From Candidatus Doudnabacteria bacterium RIFCSPHIGHO2_02_FULL_42_25 (GTDB taxonomy: Bacteria > Patescibacteriota > Doudnabacteria > UBA920 > O2-02-FULL-48-8): DNA of 50,144 nucleotides. Positions within the stretch are counted from its first letter, which is position 1. Each line of letters opens with the position of its first letter. The stretch is taken from NCBI GenBank assembly GCA_001777665.1, contig MFEQ01000008.1:1-50144 (forward strand), read 5' to 3'. The translations under genes were made by a program, and so were the position numbers. The notes under the pieces were generated by a model that was given only the letters and a program-made list of their open reading frames with translations, made no database searches and was not told where the DNA came from. Below, one piece after another: positions 1-8,986 of this stretch.

Positions 1-1361
1 TTTACTATGCCATCATTATTTAGGTCTGATCGGGAATTAGATGTAAACCAATCAGAGTTGAGGATAGAGTAATCTATGGAGTTAACGATGCGATCAAGGT
101 TGATATCTCCTGGAACCGGCGTTCCGGTAGGTGGTGGGGGTGGTGGAGTTGGCGTAGGCGCTGGAGGTGGAGGTGGGGGTGGTGGAGGATTCGCACCATT
201 TGGAGCAGAAAAAACCAGAATTGCTACATCTACTTTGTAGTAAGAATAGTGAGCATTGGTTAGAGCGAGATAAATCCGGCCTTGAGCGTCGATTTCTTGG
301 CCACCGATTTGTTGATTTCCAGCAGGATTATCAGGCTGAACAGAAAAACGAGTATAATCTAGAAATTGATAGGTACTGGGATCATAACGATAAGTATAAA
401 TATCATTTCCTGTCCATGAAAATCCTAGACATTGGCATGCATAGTCTAATTCATTTAGACCCAAAGTTGGCCAATAGACAATACCTTCTGGTAATGATAA
501 TCCACCTCCATTAATAGTGTCTACTCCCCATCGGCCTTCCATAACTCCATTGATAAGGCGCGGTTGCCAGGCGACCCAAGAATCAACTCCGGTTCGAATT
601 TGATAATTAGGATCAATAGGATTCATACCACCAACCGGCCAATAGTTGGCTGGTCTGGGAGCCCTCCTATCCCAGTACTCAAGGTTTGGGCCTGGGTCTG
701 CTAGAAATCCATAGCTAATCCGAGCTGTTCCATCAAGGGTGGCCAAGGATGGTCCATGCGTTGAACCCTGTCCTGAAGTGTACCCTGCCCCACCAAGAAG
801 AGGATCAAGTCCTGGACCTCGTTTAACAAATCCAGTAAATCCTTGCATGGCTAAATTCGGAAAGGTCATAGTTTCACCATCCTCTGCGTAAATTGTTAAC
901 GATGCACCAGCCGATGCCTGGGCATAGAATACTCGAGGAGAAATCCAAAGCTTATTCCGCCAAAAAATAAGACCATGGGGATAAGCTTGTTCGCCATTAA
1001 TAGTTGGCCACCATTGAGGGATACTGCGGACGGGTTGTAGCAGTGGCCAATCGGTAAAATTAGTACCTCCTGATCCTGTCCCCATTGGGGGTAAATCATA
1101 TTCCAAAATATCATTATTGTAGGGGTGCCCAACCATCCAAAGTTTATTACGAGTGAAGTCGATCGCAATCCCGCCACGCGCAAATTCTTGACCCAAACGC
1201 CAGCCGCCAAGTAGCGTGCGTCCATTTAATATTGTGGGAGTTTGAGCACTTGCAGCATTATAAGTAACTTTTATTCTGCTGCGCTCTGCACCAACAATAA
1301 TGAGTGCTGTTGCAGCTACAACAATAGCCCCTACTATATATGACCGATTTTTAGGATTCAT
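1..1361 (-). CDS. Secreted/surface protein with Pro-rich linker and C-terminal dockerin-like (double EF-hand) domain; runs off the left edge
   Basis: Not in the ORF track; translated by hand from ATG at 1361: MNPKNRSYIVGAIVVAATALIIVG... open to position 1, ending PPPPPPPPAPTPTPPPPPPTGTPVPGDINLDRIVNSIDYSILNSDWFTSNSRSDLNNDGIV. Confidence 0.85.
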   Translation of the reverse strand, partial: MNPKNRSYIVGAIVVAATALIIVGAERSRIKVTYNAASAQTPTILNGRTLLGGWRLGQEFARGGIAIDFTRNKLWMVGHPYNNDILEYDLPPMGTGSGGTNFTDWPLLQPVRSIPQWWPTINGEQAYPHGLIFWRNKLWISPRVFYAQASAGASLTIYAEDGETMTFPNLAMQGFTGFVKRGPGLDPLLGGAGYTSGQGSTHGPSLATLDGTARISYGFLADPGPNLEYWDRRAPRPANYWPVGGMNPIDPNYQIRTGVDSWVAWQPRLINGVMEGRWGVDTINGGGLSLPEGIVYWPTLGLNELDYACQCLGFSWTGNDIYTYRYDPSTYQFLDYTRFSVQPDNPAGNQQIGGQEIDAQGRIYLALTNAHYSYYKVDVAILVFSAPNGANPPPPPPPPPAPTPTPPPPPPTGTPVPGDINLDRIVNSIDYSILNSDWFTSNSRSDLNNDGIV

Positions 1362-1430
1362 TTGGGTTTCAAAAAATATAGCTAGATTTCTCTAGCTATA
1401 TTTCAACACAATTTATACTTTTTTACAACT

Positions 1431-2198
1431 TTATTCAGTAACTACAATTGTACCGAATTGAGTTGGGTTTAGATGATCGTGGTATTTCCAGGTTCCGACT
1501 TTGGTGAAAGTAAACTCCCAAGTTCCACCAGCGGCAATCGCTTGTAATGGATCCAATTCTAGATAATCAGTGTGGGTTGGGTGAGGAGCTGATGCTGGCC
1601 AGTGAGTTTTGGTGTCACTGTTTTTGAAAGTCACTTTTGTTCCTTTCTTGACTGTCAGACTTGCTGGAGAGAACCCGTTTGAATTGATGGTGACTTGTTT
1701 GGCAGTATTACTGTCTGAAGTTGATGGCGTGATTGCTCCTTCTGGAGTTGCTGGAACATCACCACAAGCGTAATAGACCGATGCTTCAGCCGCTGATTTA
1801 TGAATATTTACGGCTAATGGCAACGAAGCAATTATTTCATCGAGTGTCGTATCAATCAAAGTTACTGATTTACCATTCACTACATTATTCAGAGCATATT
1901 TAACATCACCGAGTGAAGTACAACTACCCAAATGTATATGGGCTGGCTGTTGGACATCCTTGGTTGAGCTACTGACATTGATTTCAACTTTGACCTTGTC
2001 CCCTTCCATTTTCAACCGGGCAACACCATTTTGTTTGGAATTATTTTGGGCTTTCAACTGGACCACAAATGTTCGGTTGTCGTTACTCGGACTGGTTAGT
2101 TGTTTTTCTTGGCTGGTAGTATTGTTATTCGCTGGCTGTTGATTACAAGCAGCCGCTATAAAAACCAACCCCAAACTTAGAACGAAAAACTTACGCAT
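1431..2198 (-). CDS. Lipoprotein with CHRD/SOD-like His-rich domain and C-terminal cupredoxin-like domain
   Basis: Lipobox IAAAC; QPAHIHLGSC and AVNIHKS..YACGD motifs; C-terminal FSPASLTVKKGTKVTFKN..H..GTWKYHDHLNP..GTIVV. Confidence 0.7.
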   Translation of the reverse strand: MRKFFVLSLGLVFIAAACNQQPANNNTTSQEKQLTSPSNDNRTFVVQLKAQNNSKQNGVARLKMEGDKVKVEINVSSSTKDVQQPAHIHLGSCTSLGDVKYALNNVVNGKSVTLIDTTLDEIIASLPLAVNIHKSAAEASVYYACGDVPATPEGAITPSTSDSNTAKQVTINSNGFSPASLTVKKGTKVTFKNSDTKTHWPASAPHPTHTDYLELDPLQAIAAGGTWEFTFTKVGTWKYHDHLNPTQFGTIVVTE

Positions 2199-2201
2199 AA
2201 T

Positions 2202-3443
2202 TTATACTCCTTTATTTTTAATTGTATTAATAATTCGTTCTGCACCTAAAATGTATGCTGCGTTACGAAAGGAAGTCTGATACTTTTGTTGCACAGCAAA
2301 AACATCATTAAATGCTTGAACCATTAAAGTATGGAGTTTAGATAAAACTTCGTCAACTGGCCATTTTTCCTGATGCATATTCTGGTACCACTCATAGTAA
2401 CTGGTCGCGACACCTCCACTATTCGCTAAAATATCAGGGATGATGATTTTCTTCTTTTGGTTGAAAATTTCATCGGCTTCTGGAGTCGTAGGTCCGTTTG
2501 CCATCTCAAAAATCATTTGAGCTTTAATCCGGTTGGCATTTTCCGCTGTTAAAACATTTTCCAAAGCAGCAGGCACCAAAATATCGACATCTAGCTCTAA
2601 AAGCTCCTCGTTCGTAATATTTCTAGTTCCAGCCAAATCTTTCAATGAACCTGTGGCTTTTTTATGTTGAGCTGCCTGTTCTAAATCAATCCCCTGGTCG
2701 TTAAAAACTCCGCCTTTACTATCAGACAAAGCAACAATTCTCCATCCTAATTCATGTACTGATTTGGCTAAAAATGTCCCGACATTACCAAAACCTTGGA
2801 TCGCAATAGTTTTTTTGATCGGTTGAATTAAATTTTTCGAAAGGACTTCGCGTAAAATTACCCCACCACCATACCCTGTCGCTTCTTCTCGGCCTTCGCT
2901 ACCGCCTTGGTCCAAAGATTTACCAGTGGAAGCGGCGAACTGTTTTTTTCCTGATAGTTTACTATATTCATCCATGATCCAATCCATAACTTGGCTCCCA
3001 GCTCCGACATCCGGACCTGGGGAATCCACTTCAGGACCGATAAGATGAAAGATTTTTTGAACATAACCCCGAGTGATCCGCTCCAGCTCGGCTGGACTGA
3101 CTTTTTTCGGATCAAAAATAATCCCGCCTTTACCACCTCCAAATGGAATATTTACCACCGCATTTTTGAAAGACATCCAGAAACTTAGGGCTCGGATCTC
3201 ATCCAGATTCACTTCTTCAAAAAAACGAGTGCCCCCCTTGTATGGCCCCCGGGCATTGTTGTGCTGACTACGAAAACCCGTAAAGATCTTTTGCTCTCCG
3301 TTATCCATGACCACAGGAATACTGACTTCCACATAGCGATCCGGGACTTTTAATCGTTCGATGTACTTTGGATCAAAGTCAGCAATTTTCGCAGCTTGAT
3401 CTAATTGTTTTTTTGCAGTTTCAAACGGATTTACTCTATGCAT
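2202..3443 (-). CDS. gdhA: Glu/Leu/Phe/Val dehydrogenase (glutamate dehydrogenase)
   Basis: GPYKGG, MSFKNA, GGGKGG, QGFGNVG, EMANGP, PDILANSGGV..SYYEW motifs. Confidence 0.92.
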   Translation of the reverse strand: MHRVNPFETAKKQLDQAAKIADFDPKYIERLKVPDRYVEVSIPVVMDNGEQKIFTGFRSQHNNARGPYKGGTRFFEEVNLDEIRALSFWMSFKNAVVNIPFGGGKGGIIFDPKKVSPAELERITRGYVQKIFHLIGPEVDSPGPDVGAGSQVMDWIMDEYSKLSGKKQFAASTGKSLDQGGSEGREEATGYGGGVILREVLSKNLIQPIKKTIAIQGFGNVGTFLAKSVHELGWRIVALSDSKGGVFNDQGIDLEQAAQHKKATGSLKDLAGTRNITNEELLELDVDILVPAALENVLTAENANRIKAQMIFEMANGPTTPEADEIFNQKKKIIIPDILANSGGVATSYYEWYQNMHQEKWPVDEVLSKLHTLMVQAFNDVFAVQQKYQTSFRNAAYILGAERIINTIKNKGV

Positions 3444-3459
3444 AATTCTTTAAGGTTAT

Positions 3460-3540
3460 CTACGAAATTACGAATTTTTACGAAAGTACGAACTAGAACT
3501 AACCCTTTCGTATTTTCGTAATTCTTTCGTACTTTCGTAG
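3460..3540. repeat. Inverted array of TACGAA/TTCGTA hexamers (copy 1)
   Basis: Four TACGAA followed by four TTCGTA in the intergenic gap; similar arrays at 22937-23011 and 28742-28814. Confidence 0.85.
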
Positions 3541-3544
3541 ACGG

Positions 3545-4057
3545 TTACATCACTACTTCCGGCCCTTTATTATGGTAGGCTTCTATAAATTCTAGTATTG
3601 CTCGTTCATCAAAACTATCCAAATTCAGTAAATGCATCCAAGCCGCGAGAGAAATCGGCGCATCGTTCGCTTCCCTAGGGGCGACTATAATTAATTTGTA
3701 GCGATTAGCAAAATCTTTTAGTTTAAGCACGGTTTCAGCATCCACTCGATCTGGTTTGTAGGAAATCCAAATGCCGCCATGTTCCAAGTTGTGAATATAT
3801 TTCTGATCAGTCAGTGCGGCGTCATATGTTCCCCAATCAGCTGGAGCTGGATCGTGACATCCTGAAGTCGGTGGATTGGAATTATAGGGAGGATCGCCTG
3901 GAGTACAACTCGGCATATGACCTTGACCCTGATATTCCAACTCCTGACCAGGCATATTTGCTTCCTGTTTTTCTGAACTTTTAAATAACCAAAAACCGAG
4001 TGCGACTGCCACAGCGATAACCAATATATATATAAAGATTAATCGAAATCTTTGCAT
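3545..4057 (-). CDS. DUF3105-like membrane-anchored protein
   Basis: N-terminal TM; YNSNPPTSGCH, HNLEHGGIWISY, ISLAAW motifs. Confidence 0.85.
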   Translation of the reverse strand: MQRFRLIFIYILVIAVAVALGFWLFKSSEKQEANMPGQELEYQGQGHMPSCTPGDPPYNSNPPTSGCHDPAPADWGTYDAALTDQKYIHNLEHGGIWISYKPDRVDAETVLKLKDFANRYKLIIVAPREANDAPISLAAWMHLLNLDSFDERAILEFIEAYHNKGPEVVM

Positions 4058-4128
4058 ATTTAAAAAATTAATAGCTTAAGGATTATACCACAAATTCGTT
4101 GAACGGTGGCGCTGCCGAATAACGCATT

Positions 4129-5046
4129 TCATCCATGATCCATCCCGAGGTACTTCTCCGCATCCAATGCGGCCATGCAGCCCATACCAGCTGCGGTGAC
4201 ACCCTGGCGATAGCGATGATCTCTGACATCGCCGGCGACAAAGACACCTTCAACCGAGGTCAGGGTTTGATCTTTTGGGACGATATATCCTTTTACATCC
4301 AATTCTATCTGACCTTTGAAAATATCAGTATTCGGTTTATGCCCGATAGCAATAAACGCCCCTTCGATCACCCGGTCTTCTGAAGTCCCCGTCACGACAT
4401 CTTTGACTTTCACCCCGGTTAGTTTTTGGTCGCCCAAAAACTCTTCGATGACTTTATTGGTTTCAACTGAAATTTTCGGGTTGGCTTTCACCCGGTCTAA
4501 CATAATTTTGGAAGCTCGAAAATTCTCACTGCGATTGAGGATAGTCACCTTTTTCGCAAACTTCGTGAGGTAAGAGGCTTCTTCCATTGCTGCATCACCG
4601 CCCCCCACCACGATTATGTCTTTCTCTTTAAAGAAAAAGCCATCGCAAGTCGCGCAAGCCGAGATCCCTTTGCCCCGAAATTTTTCTTCCGAAGGCAACC
4701 CTAGCCACATGGAAGAAGCACCGGTGGCAATGATGACTGAAGCCGCTTCGTATTCTTTATCCGATGTCCAAAGCTTAAAAGGCTTCTGGCTGAAGTCTAC
4801 TTTGGAAACATCATCATAAACTATTTCTGCCCCAAAGCGCTCGGCTTGTTCAATCATTTTCTGCATCAGTTCTGGTCCCTGTATTCCCTCTGGAAATCCG
4901 GGATAATTTTCGACTTCTGTAGTGATCATGAGTTGCCCACCATAAGTTAAACCAGCCAAAACTAGCGGCTTGAGGTTAGCTCTAGCTGCGTACAGGGCTG
5001 CAGTAAGTCCGGCAGGACCAGAGCCAATGATTATTAGTTTATGCAT
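4129..5046 (-). CDS. trxB: Thioredoxin reductase
   Basis: IIGSGPAG, GGQL, ENYPGF, CATCDG, GGGDAA, GVFVAGDV. Confidence 0.95.
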   Translation of the reverse strand: MHKLIIIGSGPAGLTAALYAARANLKPLVLAGLTYGGQLMITTEVENYPGFPEGIQGPELMQKMIEQAERFGAEIVYDDVSKVDFSQKPFKLWTSDKEYEAASVIIATGASSMWLGLPSEEKFRGKGISACATCDGFFFKEKDIIVVGGGDAAMEEASYLTKFAKKVTILNRSENFRASKIMLDRVKANPKISVETNKVIEEFLGDQKLTGVKVKDVVTGTSEDRVIEGAFIAIGHKPNTDIFKGQIELDVKGYIVPKDQTLTSVEGVFVAGDVRDHRYRQGVTAAGMGCMAALDAEKYLGMDHG

Positions 5047-5124
5047 AAAGTTTAGAGTTATTCGTCGGCGCTGCGCGTATCGTCTGACGTTTACCGATAC
5101 GCGTGGCGCTGCCGTATACCGTTA

Positions 5125-6081
5125 TTACTTGAGTCTCTTAATCTGATTCCAATCCGATGTCAGTCCGATACCACCCTGACGTCGCATCAGCCAGTCGTAG
5201 CAGGCCAGCGCTGCGGTAGCGGCATTACCAGCTGAAATCACAGCTTGTTTATACGAACTGTTGATCGCGTCGCCGCAGGCAAAAATCCCGGAATAGGAAG
5301 TGGCTTGATCAGCATTAACGATTATTTGCTCCTGCTCATCTAACTTTACTATATTTTGCAAAAAATTGGAATCAACCACATAACCAAGTTCGACGAGCAA
5401 GCCGTCAACATCCAATTCCATTTGGTGCCCAGACTTCAAATCCAATATTTGCATTTTTTCTAACTTCCCCTCTCCTATCAATTGCTGGATTTGAACGAAC
5501 GGCAATAGTTTCACATTCTTTTTTCTAAATAACGCTTTATTCAGAGCTGGATGGCAAATCAGCCGATCAGTTTTCGATAAAATAAAAACTTGTTTGGCAA
5601 ACGGTGCACAAATCAAACCAGCTTCAGCCGCGATATCGCCAATTCCGGCAACTGCCACCACTTTATTTTTGAACAATGGCCCATCACAGGTCGCGCAATA
5701 CGTTACACCCTTGCCTTTCAACTCTGCTTCGCCTGGCACTCCCAAATCTTTCGGGGTTTTGCCATAAGCTAAAATCAAACTTTGAGCTTTATATTGCTTG
5801 TCGAATGCCGTGACGATAAATTCATCCGCCACAGCTTTGACTTTTGAAACTTCCGCAATTAGAAACTCGGCTCCGAAATTTTCCGCCTGCTGGCGAATAC
5901 TGGAAACCAGTTCAAACCCACCAACTTCCTGCAGTCCCGGATAATTTTCAATGGCATCAGTGTAGTTGGCTTGCCCTGCAATATCTTTGCCAATGATCAG
6001 AGTTTTTAACCCACGACGGGACGTAAAAATACCTGCTGTAAATGCAGCTACCCCACCACCAATAATAATTACATCATACAT
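5125..6081 (-). CDS. Thioredoxin-reductase-like flavoprotein (divergent paralogue)
   Basis: IIGGG, ENYPG, CATCDG, GIFACGD retained; NADPH-binding motifs altered (GIGDIA, SKTDRL). Confidence 0.85.
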   Translation of the reverse strand: MYDVIIIGGGVAAFTAGIFTSRRGLKTLIIGKDIAGQANYTDAIENYPGLQEVGGFELVSSIRQQAENFGAEFLIAEVSKVKAVADEFIVTAFDKQYKAQSLILAYGKTPKDLGVPGEAELKGKGVTYCATCDGPLFKNKVVAVAGIGDIAAEAGLICAPFAKQVFILSKTDRLICHPALNKALFRKKNVKLLPFVQIQQLIGEGKLEKMQILDLKSGHQMELDVDGLLVELGYVVDSNFLQNIVKLDEQEQIIVNADQATSYSGIFACGDAINSSYKQAVISAGNAATAALACYDWLMRRQGGIGLTSDWNQIKRLK

Positions 6082-6085
6082 AAAT

Positions 6086-6892
6086 TTACTCTAGGTCCTT
6101 GGCCACTTCTAAGACATTTTGCAGCAGCATCGCAACCGTAATCGGTCCCACTCCACCAGGTACAGGTGCTAGTATTTCCACCTTACTCTCCACTGACTCG
6201 ACATCGACATCACCAACTATTGATCCTGCTGATTCTGAAGTCCCACAGTCAATCAAAATCACTCCTACTTTAAGCATGTTCCCTTTAATCAGTTTCGGAG
6301 AACCGGTGGCGGAGATAATAATATCAGCGCCTATCGTTAACTCACTAAGATTTGTCGTCGTGACATCTGCTGTGATCACATTTAATCCTCGTTCTTTCAA
6401 AAGATTGGTTACAGGCAACCCGACTAATTCACCCTGCCCGATCACCAAAATCTTTTTCGTGGTTAGATCAATCAGGAGTTGATCCAAAATGGCAGCGACA
6501 GCTGCTGCGGTTGGCGATTTCAACCTCGTTTTCACATTCTTCAAACAGTCAACATCGACTCTCGAATCGATGGTATTTAAAATTGCTGTTTTGTCCAAAT
6601 TCGGAGGTAAAGGAAATTGGATAATCAAACCAGACAGAAACGGATCCCGCTGAATCTTCCGAATCTCCTCAATCACGGCTTCTGTGGTAGCAGTAACTGG
6701 TAACTGAATTAACCGAGGCTTATATCCCACTTCGTCGGCTCGGCGCAGTTTAATTTTGACAAACGCAGTGGCGACTGGATCATCCCCAATCAAAATATCA
6801 CAAAACAAGGGTTGAAACAGTAATTTTCGAACCTCGGATTGGAGCTTTGTCAGCATTTCTTGGGCCATTTCCTGGCCATTTATAGTTCTCAT
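6086..6892 (-). CDS. folD: Methylenetetrahydrofolate dehydrogenase/cyclohydrolase
   Basis: IIQFPLP, DVDC, VIGQGELVGLP, GDVD, PVPGGVGPITVAML. Confidence 0.92.
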   Translation of the reverse strand: MRTINGQEMAQEMLTKLQSEVRKLLFQPLFCDILIGDDPVATAFVKIKLRRADEVGYKPRLIQLPVTATTEAVIEEIRKIQRDPFLSGLIIQFPLPPNLDKTAILNTIDSRVDVDCLKNVKTRLKSPTAAAVAAILDQLLIDLTTKKILVIGQGELVGLPVTNLLKERGLNVITADVTTTNLSELTIGADIIISATGSPKLIKGNMLKVGVILIDCGTSESAGSIVGDVDVESVESKVEILAPVPGGVGPITVAMLLQNVLEVAKDLE

Positions 6893-6957
6893 TGCTTAGA
6901 TATTCTACCACAAATGCTATAATGGGTTGTAACGAATTACATCAGAATTCGATAAAT

Positions 6958-7491
6958 ATGATAGAAGAAATCGATGTTCAAAATCTAGTGCGACGAGCCC
7001 AAGACGGAGAGCAGGAAGCTTTCGGTCTGATTTATGATAATTACGCGCAACCGATTTACAACTTCCTGATGAGTAAGGTTCGTCACCGCGAAGTTTGTGA
7101 AGATTTAGTCCATACTGTATTTCTTAAGGCTTGGATGAACCTGAAATCCTATCAGCCGCGTCCGAGTGCTAAATTTTCAACCTGGCTTTACCAAATCGCC
7201 AACTACACCCTTATCGATCATTGGCGAACCAAAAAGCCGACAGTCGAACTCGACGATGTTGAAAATTTGGCGGCTTTCGCCGTTGACCCAGCACATTACG
7301 AAGAATATTCTTATTTATGGCAAGCCATAAGACAGTTGCCTCTGAATTACCAAACGGTTTTGGATTTGCGGTTCAAACAAGATTTATCCGTGGAAGAAAC
7401 CGCCCATATTATGCGCAAAACCTCGGTCGGGATAAGGGTTCTGCAACACCGGGCCCTGAAAGCTTTAAAAAATAAATTAGTAGAGTCATGA
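6958..7491 (+). CDS. ECF (sigma-70 group 4) RNA polymerase sigma factor
   Basis: EDLVHTVFLKAW, FSTWLYQIANYTLIDHWR, region 4 LSVEETAHIM..RALKALK; start moved to ATG 6958. Confidence 0.92.
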   Translation: MIEEIDVQNLVRRAQDGEQEAFGLIYDNYAQPIYNFLMSKVRHREVCEDLVHTVFLKAWMNLKSYQPRPSAKFSTWLYQIANYTLIDHWRTKKPTVELDDVENLAAFAVDPAHYEEYSYLWQAIRQLPLNYQTVLDLRFKQDLSVEETAHIMRKTSVGIRVLQHRALKALKNKLVES

Positions 7492-8195
7492 AATGGTTAA
7501 AGTCTAAAACTGAACAGGGACTAACCAAACTACTGAAACATGGCAGTGGTGATTTTCGATTTGATCCAAAAAATATTAGACACCGTTTAATGGCTTCGAT
7601 TGAACAAACAAAACCCCATCCGATCAAGCATTTTCGCTTGAATCGCGTTTTTAAATTTTCCGCAAGTTTTGCTGGATTCGTTCTAATCGTCTCCGCGACA
7701 TTTGCTTTCGCCTCCAACCAAGTTCCGGGGGACAAACTCTTTGCCTTAAATAAAGCGGGGGAATCTGTTATTTTAAGCTTGCCGATGCCAGCAGAACAGC
7801 GCGCGCAAGTTAGAGATTATATTGTTGACCAGCGTTTCGAAGCTTTGGATGCAGTCAATCTAGCGCCCGGAACGAAGAGCCTCGAAACTATCAAAGAGTC
7901 CGATGAAAGCTTGATGCGCGCAGTGCAAGAAATTTCCAAAAACAAGCAAAAGTTAGAAGCCAAAGGCAAAACCAAACAGGCGGCAAAACTGGAAGTAATT
8001 TTGGATAACTTGCAAAAAAAAGCGGCGGATCGTGAAAAAATAATTCAAAAATTAGAAGACGAAACAGAAGATGAAGAAACGAAAGCAAGAATTCACCAAC
8101 ATTTAGAGCAAATTAAAAACAGCCGAGAAAAAGCTCGACTGGAAATCAAACGCTTCCAAAATCCAGAATCGGAATCAGACCAAATACTTTTCTAA
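7488..8195 (+). CDS. Putative anti-sigma-like membrane protein (DUF5667-like)
   Basis: Overlaps the sigma stop codon; single TM followed by PGDKLFALNKAGE motif and coiled coil. Confidence 0.65.
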   Translation: MKWLKSKTEQGLTKLLKHGSGDFRFDPKNIRHRLMASIEQTKPHPIKHFRLNRVFKFSASFAGFVLIVSATFAFASNQVPGDKLFALNKAGESVILSLPMPAEQRAQVRDYIVDQRFEALDAVNLAPGTKSLETIKESDESLMRAVQEISKNKQKLEAKGKTKQAAKLEVILDNLQKKAADREKIIQKLEDETEDEETKARIHQHLEQIKNSREKARLEIKRFQNPESESDQILF

Positions 8196-8912
8196 ATCAG
8201 TTAAAAACTCCTTGCGGATTTCTAACTGACGCATCACCCCCTGCCAAACTAATTCTTTCGATTCGAGGTCGAATGTCACCTTTTCTAAAATCATGGAAGA
8301 GTTGTTTTCTGTATTTAATATTTCTAAATCTTTATGGTTCAAGCCTAACTTGACCAACATTTGCTGCATGGCTTTGCGTATGACATTTTCGGAGATATCA
8401 TAAGCCGCGAAAGCTCCAACCGCTGTTTGCCACTCTCCTGTCGAATAAATTTCGGAAAGTTCCGCGATAAAATTCCGCGTTGGTTCTTTGGGTTCGGCAC
8501 GCTCAATTTCTTCTGGGGAGAAACCTAGCGTCAACAAAAGAATGACCCATTGCTCTCGTGATTTGGTTTTCAGAATCCCTTGCTCAACGCTATGTCCGAC
8601 CAACTCCTCGGTGCGGCGATTTTCCAAAATAGTCAGGGCGGTTTCGGCTAAGGGGTCGTCTGATTCCGATAAATTAGCTATAGCAAACCGCAAAAATCCT
8701 GGATCGCCTTCTCGGCTCCCCAAAAAAGCCTCGTTTGCCAAAAAAACCTGAAGGACGAATTTCTTGATTTTTTCGGATTTGGATTGAGTCGTACTCATTT
8801 CCTCCAAAATCGCCCAGGATTGCATTTCCTGTGGCACGTATTGGTTAATCCAATCGATAAATTGCTCACCAATTAGATCCGCTATAGCTTGGTTGGGAGA
8901 TAGCATGTTCAT
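8175..8912 (-). CDS. Heme-oxygenase-like (TenA/PqqC/CADD fold) protein, apparently degenerate
   Basis: All-helical pattern ENRRTEEL.G..SREQW..LL..LG, EP...T, TAVGAFAAYD resembles the family. Confidence 0.5.
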   Translation of the reverse strand: MNMLSPNQAIADLIGEQFIDWINQYVPQEMQSWAILEEMSTTQSKSEKIKKFVLQVFLANEAFLGSREGDPGFLRFAIANLSESDDPLAETALTILENRRTEELVGHSVEQGILKTKSREQWVILLLTLGFSPEEIERAEPKEPTRNFIAELSEIYSTGEWQTAVGAFAAYDISENVIRKAMQQMLVKLGLNHKDLEILNTENNSSMILEKVTFDLESKELVWQGVMRQLEIRKEFLTDLEKYLV

Positions 8913-8986
8913 GTTTTGTAGTATAGCCAGGCATTGACACTGACGTCAATTTCTGCTAACATATACAGTTAAATTAATTGACCCAT

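Noticed and set aside
167..1225. ORF-track calls 167..514 (+) and 896..1225 (-)
   Set aside because: Shadow or alternate frames of the long minus-strand dockerin gene 1..1361.
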